Of a stretch of DNA of 64,000 nt, positions 27,858 through 40,168 are shown piece by piece. The stretch lies in assembly GCA_016748015.1 (NCBI GenBank), contig JAAOMT010000429.1, forward strand, positions 278,743-342,742, written 5' to 3'. The translations under genes and the position numbers were made by a program. Under the pieces are notes generated by a model. The model did no database searches. It was not told the DNA's origin and saw only the letters and a program-made list of their open reading frames with translations. Positions within the stretch are counted from its first letter, which is position 1. Every line of letters starts with the position of its first letter. This DNA comes from Geosiphon pyriformis uo1. Taxonomy: Eukaryota; Fungi; Glomeromycota.

Positions 27858-30800
27858 TTTGGTGCTTTCTTATAGATATAACACAGCAATAACAACTTTA
27901 AAATAGCAATCACAACTGACATAACAATTCTAGAGTACTATTAATCAATTTATATTTACTACAAGCAAAGATTCAATATTTAAGATTGAATTGAAATTTT
28001 CAAGAAATCATTATAACAATACATTAAAAACTGCATCAATAATTAATTTTCTGCAAACTATAATATTTCAGAAGTTAAAAACAACCTTTACAAAAATTTA
28101 TTACACTATTTTTACTTAGAAACAGAAAACTTTAATAATAAAACACTTGACATCTATTTCTAAAAACTCAATTTCAATATAATTTAATATTGTGAAAAAA
28201 AATATTTGGTTTAATCTAAATACTTTCTTGACTTTAAATCAAAACCAAAAAATAACAACAGTAAAAAACAGAAAAAAAAAACCTTTTAAGTTAGCTATAC
28301 AACTCACAACATACTAAGAACAACTGCTAAACATTTGTAAACATTCAAACAAAGAATTAGTGTTAAATTGTCACTTTTTATTACACTATTTCTACTTTTA
28401 TTTGCTCAACCACAAGCACCTAATTTATTTTTTATCTAGTTTTTAAGACCAAAAAACTTTATTTTACCAAAAAGTCTAACACAACAGTTAAAACAAATCA
28501 TTACTAACACAAACTTTTTTGACTTTTTAGCAAAAAACCAAAGTAATTATTTCAATAACAATGAAAACACTTCTAAATTTACTGTAAAAAAAACTAATAA
28601 AAATAACAACATAAAAGACATAGCAACTACTTATATCACAAAAATTACTAAATTCACAGGAAAAATTGCTAACACCAGTCTACAAAAATGACTTGACAAA
28701 AACACCTTTATTACTCTCTAAAACTAATTTTAAAACATTAAACAAAAATTATTTGAATTTATTATGACTTATTTAAGGTAGGTCAACAAAATTTTTTGAT
28801 GAATTTAACAATTAAAAACCAATAAATATTACTTTAATATGCAAATTTTAAATAATTTATAGCCAGATTAAAAAATAAATTAATCAAGAAAGTTTGTTTC
28901 TATGTTTTAACAAACTTAGCTACAGTTATTTAACATGCAAAAAACTATGAAATAGCAATAAAAAAAGCAAATCACACTAAACTTATCAATTTTACAATTC
29001 ACAAAACCAGTTTAACAGCTAAAAAAAAATTAACCAACTTACCAAGAAAATAGAAAATTATTTTATTAATTAATAACAACAAAAATATTAGCCATTCTAA
29101 AGATACAATCAAAATAACTATCTATCATTATCAAACAACTAATCTTAAAGCTGTTACTATTGTAAAATTTTAGAATACTAAAAATAAGATTGCCAAAAGA
29201 TACAAAGAAACTAACAATCAAGAAATAATCAATATTATTCTCAACTTCAGCAATTTCACTACCAGTTTTTACTACCAACTTATTATTTATTAAGATTTTA
29301 ATATCAGAACAATTACTATTTATTTGTTTTATAACTCATTCAACAACAATATTCACAATTATTAGCACAGTAATATTAAGTACTTGCTTGAAAATTAGCT
29401 CAACCCAATCAATTTGCATTTCAAAACTAATTTACAACAAACAACAACTAATCAAATCCCAACAATTAATTAGTTCTTTAAAATCCAGTTTAACAAAAAC
29501 TCAATTATTATCATATACAACCAAGTTATTTCACAATATTAGAAGAATCAAATTTTCAATAAACTGCACTTTTTGAAAGTGAAGCTGCAGCTTCAAAACA
29601 AAACTCTTCCAATAATATAATTTCATTAGTTAAAATTGTCCAAAATACTAATTTTTTTAATATATTTTTATTTAAATTTAAAGCAAATAAATCATCATTT
29701 TTGCTTAGTAATACAGTTATTACAGAACAAAAAGCAATTACAGTTATATATACAGAAGCTAAAATTAAAAGAGAACCAATTTGGTTAATTTTAAACAATA
29801 AATCTACTAAAAGCATTATTACCTATTAATTAATATAACAGCTATAGCAAAACATCAACAGATCTGCCCAAACAGTAATTGTTACAGCCAATAGCATAAA
29901 AAAAACTTTAATAAGAAAAATTAATAACTTCTCATTCATTATTAATGAAATTACCATTTTAATTAAAGTTCTAGTTATAAATACACTTCAACATTAAGTT
30001 CTTGTCAAAAATAATTGGCTTCTCAAAGCCAATGCAAATTTAGATTGGAAAATCCAGAAAATCAAAATTTCATATTAAGAACATTATATCAGAATATTTG
30101 TTATTTGTGATACTTTCAATAAACAATTAAAAAAAGCCTCTATATTCGAATTTAAAAAGAAAAAAAAATGCCAATTACCAAAACCTATATGGTTTTTGGA
30201 TTAACATCTAATTAGACCAAGAAAACAGAACAAAAATTTTTTAAAGAAATTAGAAAATAGAATATTGTTCACTATTTTAAACCAAAACTATGAAAACAAC
30301 CACTATATATTCTACTTAAATACAAAAACTACAACAAGAAGCTTTTATTAATAAAAGCTTGTATATCTCCAGAAGAGAAATATAAAACACATATTTGCTA
30401 TTACTATAAAGCCTATACTAGGAACGATTTGAATACTCCAAACAAAATATAAAATGAGACAACATTTCTTGTTTTACATGCAAAAAAATGCTACCAAAAG
30501 AATACAACTGAATTAATATTGCAATAAAAGGAAGAATTTGTGATCAAATCTGCCAATATATACTCTTAATTGTAGAAAAAGTAAAAAAAAACTCTATTTG
30601 ATACTATTTACAACAATGCTTTTAATAAATTTTATTATTATTCATATGATGCTAAAATAATCTATAAATTGGCTATGGTTCTAATTAATAGAAGAATCCA
30701 AGAAGATGTTTGCCAAATGAAAGAAGCTAAATACATTAAATACATTTTTAAAATTACTGAATATAATTACAAAGATAAAGTCGAAACTTATTACCAAATT

Positions 30801-31059
30801 GTAAGTTATACTTACTTGATTCAAAAAGCTTAAATTCAATAATTAAAGCAAATAAACATTCAATTATGCAAAAAATACATCATGTTTTGTGATAACAAAT
30901 AGTGTTCAGAATACTATGCCTTTAATATTTTATTGTTCAATAAAAATAACCAAGAAGAAATTGAATTTGAAAAACTTGAATTAAAGAAAAAACTGCCAAC
31001 CATATCAATTTACTTGCTTAAGAATTAATCAGCCCTACAATTTAAATACTTTAACAATA

Positions 31060-31450
31060 ATAATCAAGGAATTAAGCCTAAAAAACTCATAAAATTGATG
31101 CAAAATATGATCTATAATATTTTAATAAAAATATTTTAGTCTTTTAATTCAAGTTCTTAACAAAAATCAATCTAAAAATTGTTCTCAAAATTCTATCAGG
31201 AGCAATGATTCAAATTGCTTCTCAATCATTATTAGCAAGCAAAGAAATCATTATTAGAAAAGGAATTATAAATGCAAGATATATTAAAAACATTACAATC
31301 ATGTTACAAAACAAAATTAAACATGTTAAAAAAATTGTCCAAGCAATTTATTTACTCTTAATCAACATTTTAGATTTATAACTAGTCAATCAAAAAAAAC
31401 AATTAGGTAAAAGCAATAAAAAAACTCAAACTTTTGGTTTAACTGGACGT
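31060..31450 (+). pseudogene. Retroelement-encoded trimeric dUTPase domain (decayed)
   Basis: All five motifs occur in order: IDAKYDL (=DAGYDL, ~31094), IASQSL (=IASRSS, 31214), KGIINARYIKNI (=GGIIDAGYTGDI, ~31259), KIVQAI (=KIAQAI, ~31332), KKTQTFGLTG (=RG.QGFGSTG, ~31418-31447). Confidence 0.88.
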
Positions 31451-32205
31451 TTTACAGTTTCAATAAACATAGTTTTCAATATACAAAATGAATTTTACCC
31501 GATTCTTTAACTTTCCCAACCAATTATTATTTTACTTTTTGAAAAATATTATGAAATTTATATTTGCTTAAAACCTACTACCACACAACAAATTTGTACA
31601 AAGCATGAAATCTCAATTTCAAATGTTTATATTCTGAAAAGAATGAAAAAATTTCGAGTTACTTTTTACAATTTCAACAAATATTCTATTGTTTTATTAA
31701 ATAGATTAAAAATTAAAATCATACATAATAATATCTTTTAAGAAAAAGCTTTTTAAATTGTCTTTAATTTCATTAAAATCATAAAACACACTCTTTTTTT
31801 AAACCCAAATATTCTGCCTACTACTAAAAACTACCATTTTACTAAAAAAAAACTTTCTTAAATCAATATAGATCTCTTGAAATCCCAACAACAAAAACAA
31901 TTAAAACAGTTAATTATTGAATATGCTAATATATTTGTCAAAAACAACAATAATCTGAGAAAAATTGACATTGTACAGCATCAAATTCACACAAAAAATA
32001 TTCTATTAAAATGCTAACAAGTCTATTAAGTCCTATTTGCTAACCACCAATTTATGAAAAAAAAATCCAAAAAATGTTTAACAATAAACTGATTTAACCA
32101 TCAAAAAATTTATGAATCTCACCAATGATTTTTGTCAAAAAAAAATAGCAAGATCCAATTTTGTGTAGACTATTATTAACTTAATAATATAATAATTAAA
32201 AATAC

Positions 32206-33013
32206 TATTACAGATAATTATTTAGGGTGTTAAAACAAATAACAAACCTGTAACTTGGTGCTCAATAACTAGTAATGCTAATAATTTCTGAAGGTTTTGG
32301 TTGAATCTTTTGTATAATAAACAAAAATTCAATTAATGGTTTTTTTTCATAAATTTCTTTTTTCAATATAGTGGCTGGTTTATTTTAATAGTCATGTTTT
32401 TCTGATAAACTACTCTTAAATTCTATTTCTATTCTTAGGTTTTTTATCAGGCTATCCTTGATGTCAAATACTTAGCACTTAATCCCTTTAATCAATTAGT
32501 AAATATAAAAAAATAAAATAAATAAATAAAAATAAAAAATAAAATAAAAAATTAGAATTTTATTAATAGTTGTAATCAAAAGCTATTGGTTCAGTATGGT
32601 TAAGTATTGAATTTTATTAACATGAAGTATTGATAGAATAAAATGAATTAATATTTCTTTAATCAAGTAATAATAATATAGATTTGATAATAATAAATAA
32701 TTTTATTTGATATAAGAATAATTTTACTTCAAGTTATAGAAAACTATCTTTTGAAAAAAAGAGTATTGTTTTAAATTAATTTAAACTCTGTTAAATTCTC
32801 TTAAAATTATTTTTTCTGCTTTTAATACTCTTGCTATATATATATAATTTATATTATATGAAATTTCTGAGAATTTTGTAATTCTTCAAGAAAATTCTGG
32901 CATTCTAAAATTCTGCAATTCTCTAAGAAAATTCTGGAATATTTTGTTTTACTATGTCTATTTTTGATTGACTATTTATTTATTATTATAATTCCTAATT
33001 TCTATAAATACTA
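32206..33013 (-). mobile_element. Solo LTR of family B inserted in the RT of the family A element
   Basis: It interrupts RT between …LNNIIIKN(A) and AY.LLRINNILDAFGKAKFFSTLDL. Flanked by (A)ATAC (32201-05) and (A)ATGC (33013-17), a 4-5 bp TSD. Homologous to 756-1511. Confidence 0.85.
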
Positions 33014-35376
33014 ATGCTTACTTCCTTTTAAGAATCAACAATATACTAGATGCTTTTGGAAAAGCCAAGTTTTTCTCAACTTTAGATTTGAAAAGTGAAT
33101 ATTGACAAGTTAAAATGAATCTAAAAGACCACACCAAAACAGTATTTGCCACACAATAGAGAAATTACAAGTTTAATATTATGTTTTTTGAACTCTGTAA
33201 TATACCAGCAACATTTTAGAAACTAATAAATGTTGTTTATAAAAGACTTTTGTAGTAATTAGTAGTTGTTTATCTTGATAATATTAATATTTATTCTCCA
33301 AGTTTTGAAACTTATTTGATTCATCTGTAAAAAGTTTTTCAACAATTATGGAAAGCAAAACAGAAATTAAACATTAAAAAATATCATTTTAAAAAAACAA
33401 GTTTATTTTTTTTGGATACATTATTAGCAAAAATAGAGTCTAACTTAATCCAAAAACAATTAATGCTTTCAAAAACTTTTAAGTTTCTTAAAATACCACA
33501 AAATTAAGAAAATTTATAGAATTAGTTTTTTATTATTGAAAGTTCATTAAAAAATTTTCAAAAATTGTCAAATTTTTTATTACTTAATTAACAAAGATAT
33601 TTGATACCAATAAATTTCAATACAACAAAAAGCATTTAATACTCTTAAAAAAAAACTGACCACAGCTTCAATTTTTGCTTATCTTGATTTCAACAAAAGA
33701 TTTTAGTTAGTTATTAATACTTTATATATAACTTTTGATGTTATCTTATCACAATTAAATAATAATAGCAATAAGCAAGTAATCGCATATACCAATAGAA
33801 TACTTAAGTTAACAGAACTTAAATATGGCTCAATTAAATTAAAAGCAGTAGTTATTATTTGGATTTTTAAACATTTTTAACAATATTTTCAAAATAGATC
33901 TTAATTTAATATTATTACTAATAATATTAATCTTAAATAGCTCAACAAAAAAAGCCTTGAACTTAGCACAAAACAATCCCAATAAACTGATTTTTTTGTC
34001 AATTACAAATATATTGTATATCACAAACAAAAAAAAATTACACACCAATGTAAATAAACTTTTAAGATTAAGACAAAATTAAAATCAATACCTACAACTT
34101 AACAACTCAACAACAACAAAACAATTAACAAACAAGGAATCCCAAAAACTATAACAACATTAAAACTATTTAAAGATTCTCAATATATCAGAAAATTGGT
34201 TTTCAGTTGAAAAACACTGATTACAAAACCAAGCAAAACAATACTTTATTTATTACAACAAAATTTATTATTGAAATCGCAAAAATTCAGCAAATTTACT
34301 CAAATTAATTCAACAAAATAAAAAAAAAACCATCATTTGTAGACATCAATGCCTAATTAAACTTTTATTTGATCAAAAAACACATATCGTGAATAATTTG
34401 ATACAAAAAATTTGCAAACAGTTATATATCAAATAACTTTTATTATTACTATATTATCTATAAACAAATAGATTAATAAAACATTTCAATTGGATATTAT
34501 GTGAGTTATTAGCCAAAATCTCAACTGATTTTGAGCAGAAATAAGATATCTTTATTCTATTAGTATTATTAACTTATAGAACACTAAAACAAAATATCAC
34601 AAAACATATATCATTTGATCTTACTTATAAAAAACAGCAATTTTACAATTAATTTTTCAGTGGAAACATACTTAGTACAACCAATCAATAAAAAAAACTT
34701 TCAAAAAACACTTTAATAAAGAATCTACATCCTTTTTAGTATATTGAAAGAAAAAAGACAAATAGCAGCAACTCATATTGAATACTTTCAAGCTTAATAA
34801 AAAGAACGATATGACAATAAATTGTCATCAGTCACCAATAAATTTAAAATTAAAAACAAAGTTTTCTTATACATAACTAAGGCTAAAAAACAATAGAGTA
34901 GAAAATTGGAACATAAATAAGACAGATCATTTTATATTCATAAAATCTTAGGCAATAGATTATACAAGTTAAAATTTGATGACAAAGTTCTAGCCAAAGT
35001 TGGATATAGAGATTAATTGAAGCACTATTATTTCAGAAACAATTCTGAACTATTAATTTACAAATTGATATACATTCTCCTTTAATTAATTCCAAAGATA
35101 TTCCCTAAAATTTAGAACCAATAGTTGTAATAAAACAACAACCAAACCTGAATATTTAACTTACTTTTATTAGTATTTTCCTCAAAATAATACAGATATG
35201 TTAAACAAAAATAGTAAAATAACTATTAGAAAATACTCAAACCAAAAATATATAAAAACCTCTATACAAAAAATAATTTCTTCTTTATTTTTTAGTTTTT
35301 AAAAAAATTTTTTTAAATTTTATTCAAATTTATAATGCTTATTCCCTAAAACATTCAAAAAATATCCCAAAAATTA

Positions 35377-36010
35377 ATGTTAGCTTTAAAAACACTCCTT
35401 GACTTATCCATAACGATCAATAGAAGTCAAATTAATTACATTCAAAGAGAAACTATAGCTTTGATAGTAAATAATTTCCAGAATTATCACTCTTATAGAA
35501 AAAACACAAGAAGTTATTCTAAAAGTCAATTATTAGAACTTTTGAAGCAAGCTTTGAAAGAAAACTTATTGTTTACACCCATTAACATTTTCTCAAATGC
35601 CATAATACTACAAAAACCTTAAATGTGTCTTAATAAAAGCAATGAATATACCCCTAGTTATTAATATTTCTAAATTAGAAAAACACTGCACCAATGAAAA
35701 CTGGAATTAAAAGCAACCAATCTCACGTTCGAAGCTATACAAAAGCAAATACACAACAAATTCAAGACAATAGCCAGACCAACAAATGCTCACTACAGAC
35801 TCAGAGCAGCTTTTAGACTCCATAACTTATTCAACACATGTAAAAACATCCTACAAAATCCAATACTTCAACCAATGAAGATTTAATACATTAATAAGCT
35901 CACAGAACTGAAATTTCAACAATTTTCAGACCAAATCACTTCAATAATCTTGGATCACTATCTCGAAATTACAGATAGTACTTGGATTTTGATGGAGCTC
36001 AGTTTTGAGA
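35377..36010 (+). pseudogene. Extra ORF (ORF3) between pol and the 3' LTR, ~200 codons, unknown function
   Basis: One reading frame runs from 35377 to the PPT, interrupted only by TAA/TGA stops that transitions from CAA/CGA/TGG would explain. Confidence 0.6.
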
Positions 36011-36019
36011 AGGAAATTA

Positions 36020-36977
36020 TGTTACTAGTAAATTTAAGTCATTAATTAACATAAAATTACCTTTATAGTTTCTATTATTAATTAGCATATATTAATATCA
36101 TTTCAATTATTACTTATTACTTAATTAAATTATTGAATATTACTATTTAATTAATAATCTGATTTGTACAAATAGAAATTAGAATGATCAAATTACACAA
36201 TACTCCAAACTATATAATATTCAAGAATTTGCAAAAATTTGCCAAAATAATGAATAGTTCACCGAAATAGTTAATAGTTCAATGAAATAACTTGTAGTTT
36301 AATAAAATGTATTTTTAGTTTGTCGAAATTATAGCAAAGAAAAAAGTTCAAGTTCATAGACTAGTATTACAACAAGTTGTATAAAAGAAGAGCTTCTTTC
36401 TTCGAGAAAATGTATCTTACTATAAATATCTTATCTTCTTTAGAATTATTCTACAGCACAAATTCAAAATAAAAATATACTTTGAAAACCAATTCTTGAA
36501 ATAATTACATTCGAAATTCTCCGAAACCCAACTAATTTTTGAAATTGATTAGCTACCGATTTCAGTAAACTATTAGTCACTCCAGGCCTGGACCAGAAAA
36601 CAATTCCCTTAACAAAATTCCATTTTTTTTACATTTCTTTTATTTTTCTCTTTTTTTCTGATTATAATCATTAGGGTAGTCTACAGACAAGATTTTTATA
36701 GAAGATTTGACTTTTACAGCAAAGTAACTACACATTTTTAGTAAGCTTCCAGATGAACAATTTCTAGGAAAGAGTTGATGTTTACTACAACATAACTATA
36801 CAAAATAACTAGCATGGAATTGGCCATTCTACTTATAAGCCCAGCAGTTTAAATTATAAGAGATAATTTGAAGATAAATTCAGTTATCAGAGGTTTAACT
36901 GCTTTCAAAAAACGTGAATTAACAGCAAACAGACATTAACAACATTTAAGAAAAGAGACCAAAAACCTCCAGTAATA
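36020..36977 (+). repeat. 3' LTR of family A element
   Basis: TGTTAC…AGTAATA, preceded by the purine tract. Confidence 0.92.
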
Positions 36978-39706
36978 ATGATACACAATTGTGATAATTA
37001 AATCATGTAATACACCAAACTCTGTAACATTCAAAAATTTGCCAAATTTGTAAAATTTTACAAAATAATTTAATAATTTAATAATTTACCAAAATAATTT
37101 ATAGTTCATAGAAACAACTTGTAGTTAGCTAAAATGTATTTTTGAATTCATTAAAACTATAGCAAAAGTAAAAGTGCAAATTCAAAAACTAGTATTATAA
37201 CAAGTTGTATAAAAAAAAACTTTTCTTTTCAAGAAAATATATCTCAGTCAGAATTATCTTATCTTACCTTAGGAATATTTTTACTTTTATCAATAAAATA
37301 AATACTTCGAAAACAAAATTATTAATTATTTGTACTTCAAATTTTCTAAAACTTAACTAATGTTTTGAGATTGATTAGCTATCAATTTCAGTAATCTATT
37401 AGTGACTCCAAGCCTAAATAGAAGATAATTTTCTTAATGAAATTTTTGTTTTTTTATATTTCTTTTATTTTCTTTTACTTTTCTTATTATATATATTAAA
37501 ATAGCCTACAGATGAAATTTCTGTAGAAAAGTTGACTTTTACAGCAAAGTAACTACATATTTTTTAGTGAGTTTCCAAACAAGCAATTCCTGAGAAAAAG
37601 TTGACTTTTACTGCAAAATAACTATACAAATAATTGGTATGGAATTGGCTATTCAATTTATAAGCCTAGGAATTCAAATTATAGAAGATAATTTAAAAAT
37701 AAATTTAGTTATTGAAGGTTCAATAGCTTCTAGTAATAGCAAATTCACAGCAAAACAATATTATTAACATTCAAAAAATGAGACCAAAAATCTCTAGTAA
37801 CATTAGTTATATGTAATAAGTACATAAGTTATGTTTAGTTAGAATTACGCAATTTGTTTCTTTGTATTAGATAATGATTGGATTGTATTTGTTAAATAAA
37901 AAGAAAAATATATATTTAAATATGACAAAAATTTTTAGATTTAGCAAACTTTTAAAGATTAATAATTTATTAATTAAACATTAAAAGTTATACAACTTTA
38001 TTTTAATAAATTACTTATAATATTTGATACTTTTTATTAAGTTTAAAATTCATAAAAACAAAGTTATAATTTCTAAAAATATTAAATTAAATTGCTTATT
38101 TTTTAAAAATTTTAAAACTTTAAAAATATATTTAAAAATAAAACAACTTTTTTTACTATATATAATTATAAATTAAGTATTATTTAAACAAAGTAATTAA
38201 TACTAAGAAAATTAAAACAAAATTTTAATAAAACTAAAAAAATATTTTTTTTTTTTTACTTAATTTTTTTATTAAATTATTATTTTTAATATATTTTCAT
38301 TTATAACAATAAAACTAATAAGCTTTTTTATTAGTAGTTTAGCTACAAACAAAATTAAAGTAAAAATTTGCTTAAATACCAAAAAAAATTTATGTATATT
38401 TATAAAAGTATTAATAAAAAAACTAAGAAGCTTATATTTAAAACTAATATAATTAACTTATATATTGGTTTTTTGATCATAAATATATTAAATTTTAAAG
38501 TTCTTAAAGTGTCCAAATTGTGAAATAGTATTAATAAAATATTAAATAACTAATAATTTAAATAATTTTATTGTAAAAAAACTTAATATATTTATTTTAA
38601 TAATTTAAATAATACTAATATTATAAATAAAATAATTTTACAACATATATATATTTAGTTATACAATTTATTTAAACTATTGTTGTTAATATTTTTTAAT
38701 ATTATAAGAAATAATAAAACTTTAAAGCTTTTTTTATTTAAATTAACTATTTTAGAATATTAGATTGCTAAATCTGTAAAAAAAATTTTAATCTGGTTAA
38801 GTTTTTTATTTTGAATGTTAATATTTTAGTAATTAATAAGAAAAATTTCGAATAATAAGTTAAAATTTATTAAAAAACTTTTTTATTAAGTAGATAGTAT
38901 TAAAAATGTTTTTATTTTCTTAAAATTTCTTAATATTATTAAATTATATTAAGTTTAGATTAAACAAAAGATTTAATAATAATTAAAAAAATTGTAATTA
39001 ATACTGTTTTTAAAGAAAACAAATATCTATATAAATTAAAAAATAATTATTAATTAATTTCTCTGATATTTTGGCTTTATATAATAAAAAACATGTATTA
39101 TTTCTTATAATTTAGTGTTTTATGCTTGTATTACATGTGTTATAATTTAATTTGAATTTAAAAATTCAAAAATAATGCTATTTGTTTGATTTTTGTTTTT
39201 AATAATGTTGATTTGTAATAAGTAAGTTTGTTTTTGCAAAAATATATTATTTGTAATCAATCTAGTCATATTAATATAATATGTTATTTTGAATAAAATA
39301 ATTTCCAAATTGTTTTTAGATTCTGCTTTATTTTTATTAAAATAAATTCTTTTTAAACTGAAGCATTGCAAGATAATAGCACAATTGTTGGTAAGTTTAA
39401 TTGTTTATTTGTTGAATTGGTTAAATATAATTTGGGACAGGCTGCAACAAAATCAGACAAAGTGAACATTTGATTACATGGGCTCAAAATGGCTGGTGTG
39501 GCTGAAAAAATAACATTTTGAAAGCTTTGTTTTATTTAAATATCAATTGCATTTAATTATCATAAAGTTATAATACATTTAATGTAGTATTATCTCTATA
39601 TAAAAATATCATAAAACTTATTTACATTAAATCTACTATAGAACCAAAGAATTAAAGAAGTATTTTAAAAAAGGCTCAAGGAGAAAAAATTGCCCCTTAT
39701 GTTTTT

Positions 39707-40084
39707 NNNNNNNNNNNNNNNNNNNNNNNNNNNNNNNNNNNNNNNNNNNNNNNNNNNNNNNNNNNNNNNNNNNNNNNNNNNNNNNNNNNNNNNNNNNNNN
39801 NNNNNNNNNNNNNNNNNNNNNNNNNNNNNNNNNNNNNNNNNNNNNNNNNNNNNNNNNNNNNNNNNNNNNNNNNNNNNNNNNNNNNNNNNNNNNNNNNNNN
39901 NNNNNNNNNNNNNNNNNNNNNNNNNNNNNNNNNNNNNNNNNNNNNNNNNNNNNNNNNNNNNNNNNNNNNNNNNNNNNNNNNNNNNNNNNNNNNNNNNNNN
40001 NNNNNNNNNNNNNNNNNNNNNNNNNNNNNNNNNNNNNNNNNNNNNNNNNNNNNNNNNNNNNNNNNNNNNNNNNNNNNNNNNNNN
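39707..40084. other. Assembly gap (378 N)
   Basis: Run of N. The flanks map to 20337 and 19730 of the left arm. Confidence 1.
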
Positions 40085-40168
40085 AAGTCTTTCTTTTTTA
40101 TGTAACTAAAAATATTTTTAAAAAAGAAGTGAATCATTGAATTTATAGCAAAAGAAAATTATTGGCTG

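Larger units (their letters stand above)
26884..36977 (+). mobile_element. Full-length but decayed Ty3/Gypsy LTR retrotransposon (family A): gag-PR-Cys-rich-dUTPase-RT-RNaseH-IN-ORF3
   Basis: LTRs at 26884-27857 and 36020-36977; TSD ATGA (26880-83 and 36978-81); PBS TTTGGTGC at 27858; purine tract GAGAAGGAAA at 36007-16. Motifs: PR LILNNKSTKSII (=LILDSGS.GSII, 29785-29820); RT FCVDY (~32160), FSTLDLKSEY*Q (~33075), MFFELCNIPATF (33181), YLDN (33271); RNase H VIAYTNRIL (~33780); IN …TNRLIKHFNWILCELLAK (=TNGLVERFNRTL, ~34465). The IN zinc finger appears deleted near 34330. Confidence 0.93.
26731..37802 (+). mobile_element. Solo LTR of Gypsy family A, split into 26731-26883 and 36982-37802 by a same-family insertion
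   Basis: 26731-26879 repeats the first ~150 bp of the LTR and 36982-37802 supplies the rest, ending in GTAACA. Flanks CTGG (26727-30) and TTAG (37803-06) differ only by C->T and G->A, which fits a mutated 4-bp TSD. Confidence 0.85.
21650..37908 (+). mobile_element. Degenerate non-LTR retrotransposon (LINE; ORF1 knuckle, APE, RT, RNase H, C-terminal CCHC). Coding part ~21700-26702; 3' UTR and A-rich tail resume at 37803-37908 after the nested LTR insertions
   Basis: Relic motifs (observed = ancestral-like reading): APE start IWKFAMYNIKKIN (=WKFATCNVRG.N, 23603); RT KAYNLI (=KAYDSV, ~24040) and GAFINNTI* (=GAFVDDTIW, 24369-24395); RNase H IYINSL (=VYTDGS, 25447); C-terminal LYLIYSKIILSNYVFTC (=LCLLCGE.E..DHVFTC, ~26165-26212). 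An internal deletion joins APE to RT motif 3 near 24030. The start is approximate. Confidence 0.8.

Noticed and set aside
21822-34048. Short K/N/I/L-rich ORFs (21822, 22165, 22888, 29066, 29388, 29556, 33839)
   Set aside because: Residual or antisense frames of the decayed retroelements, not independent genes.
39690-40137. ORFs of 139 and 146 aa
   Set aside because: Artefacts of the N gap.
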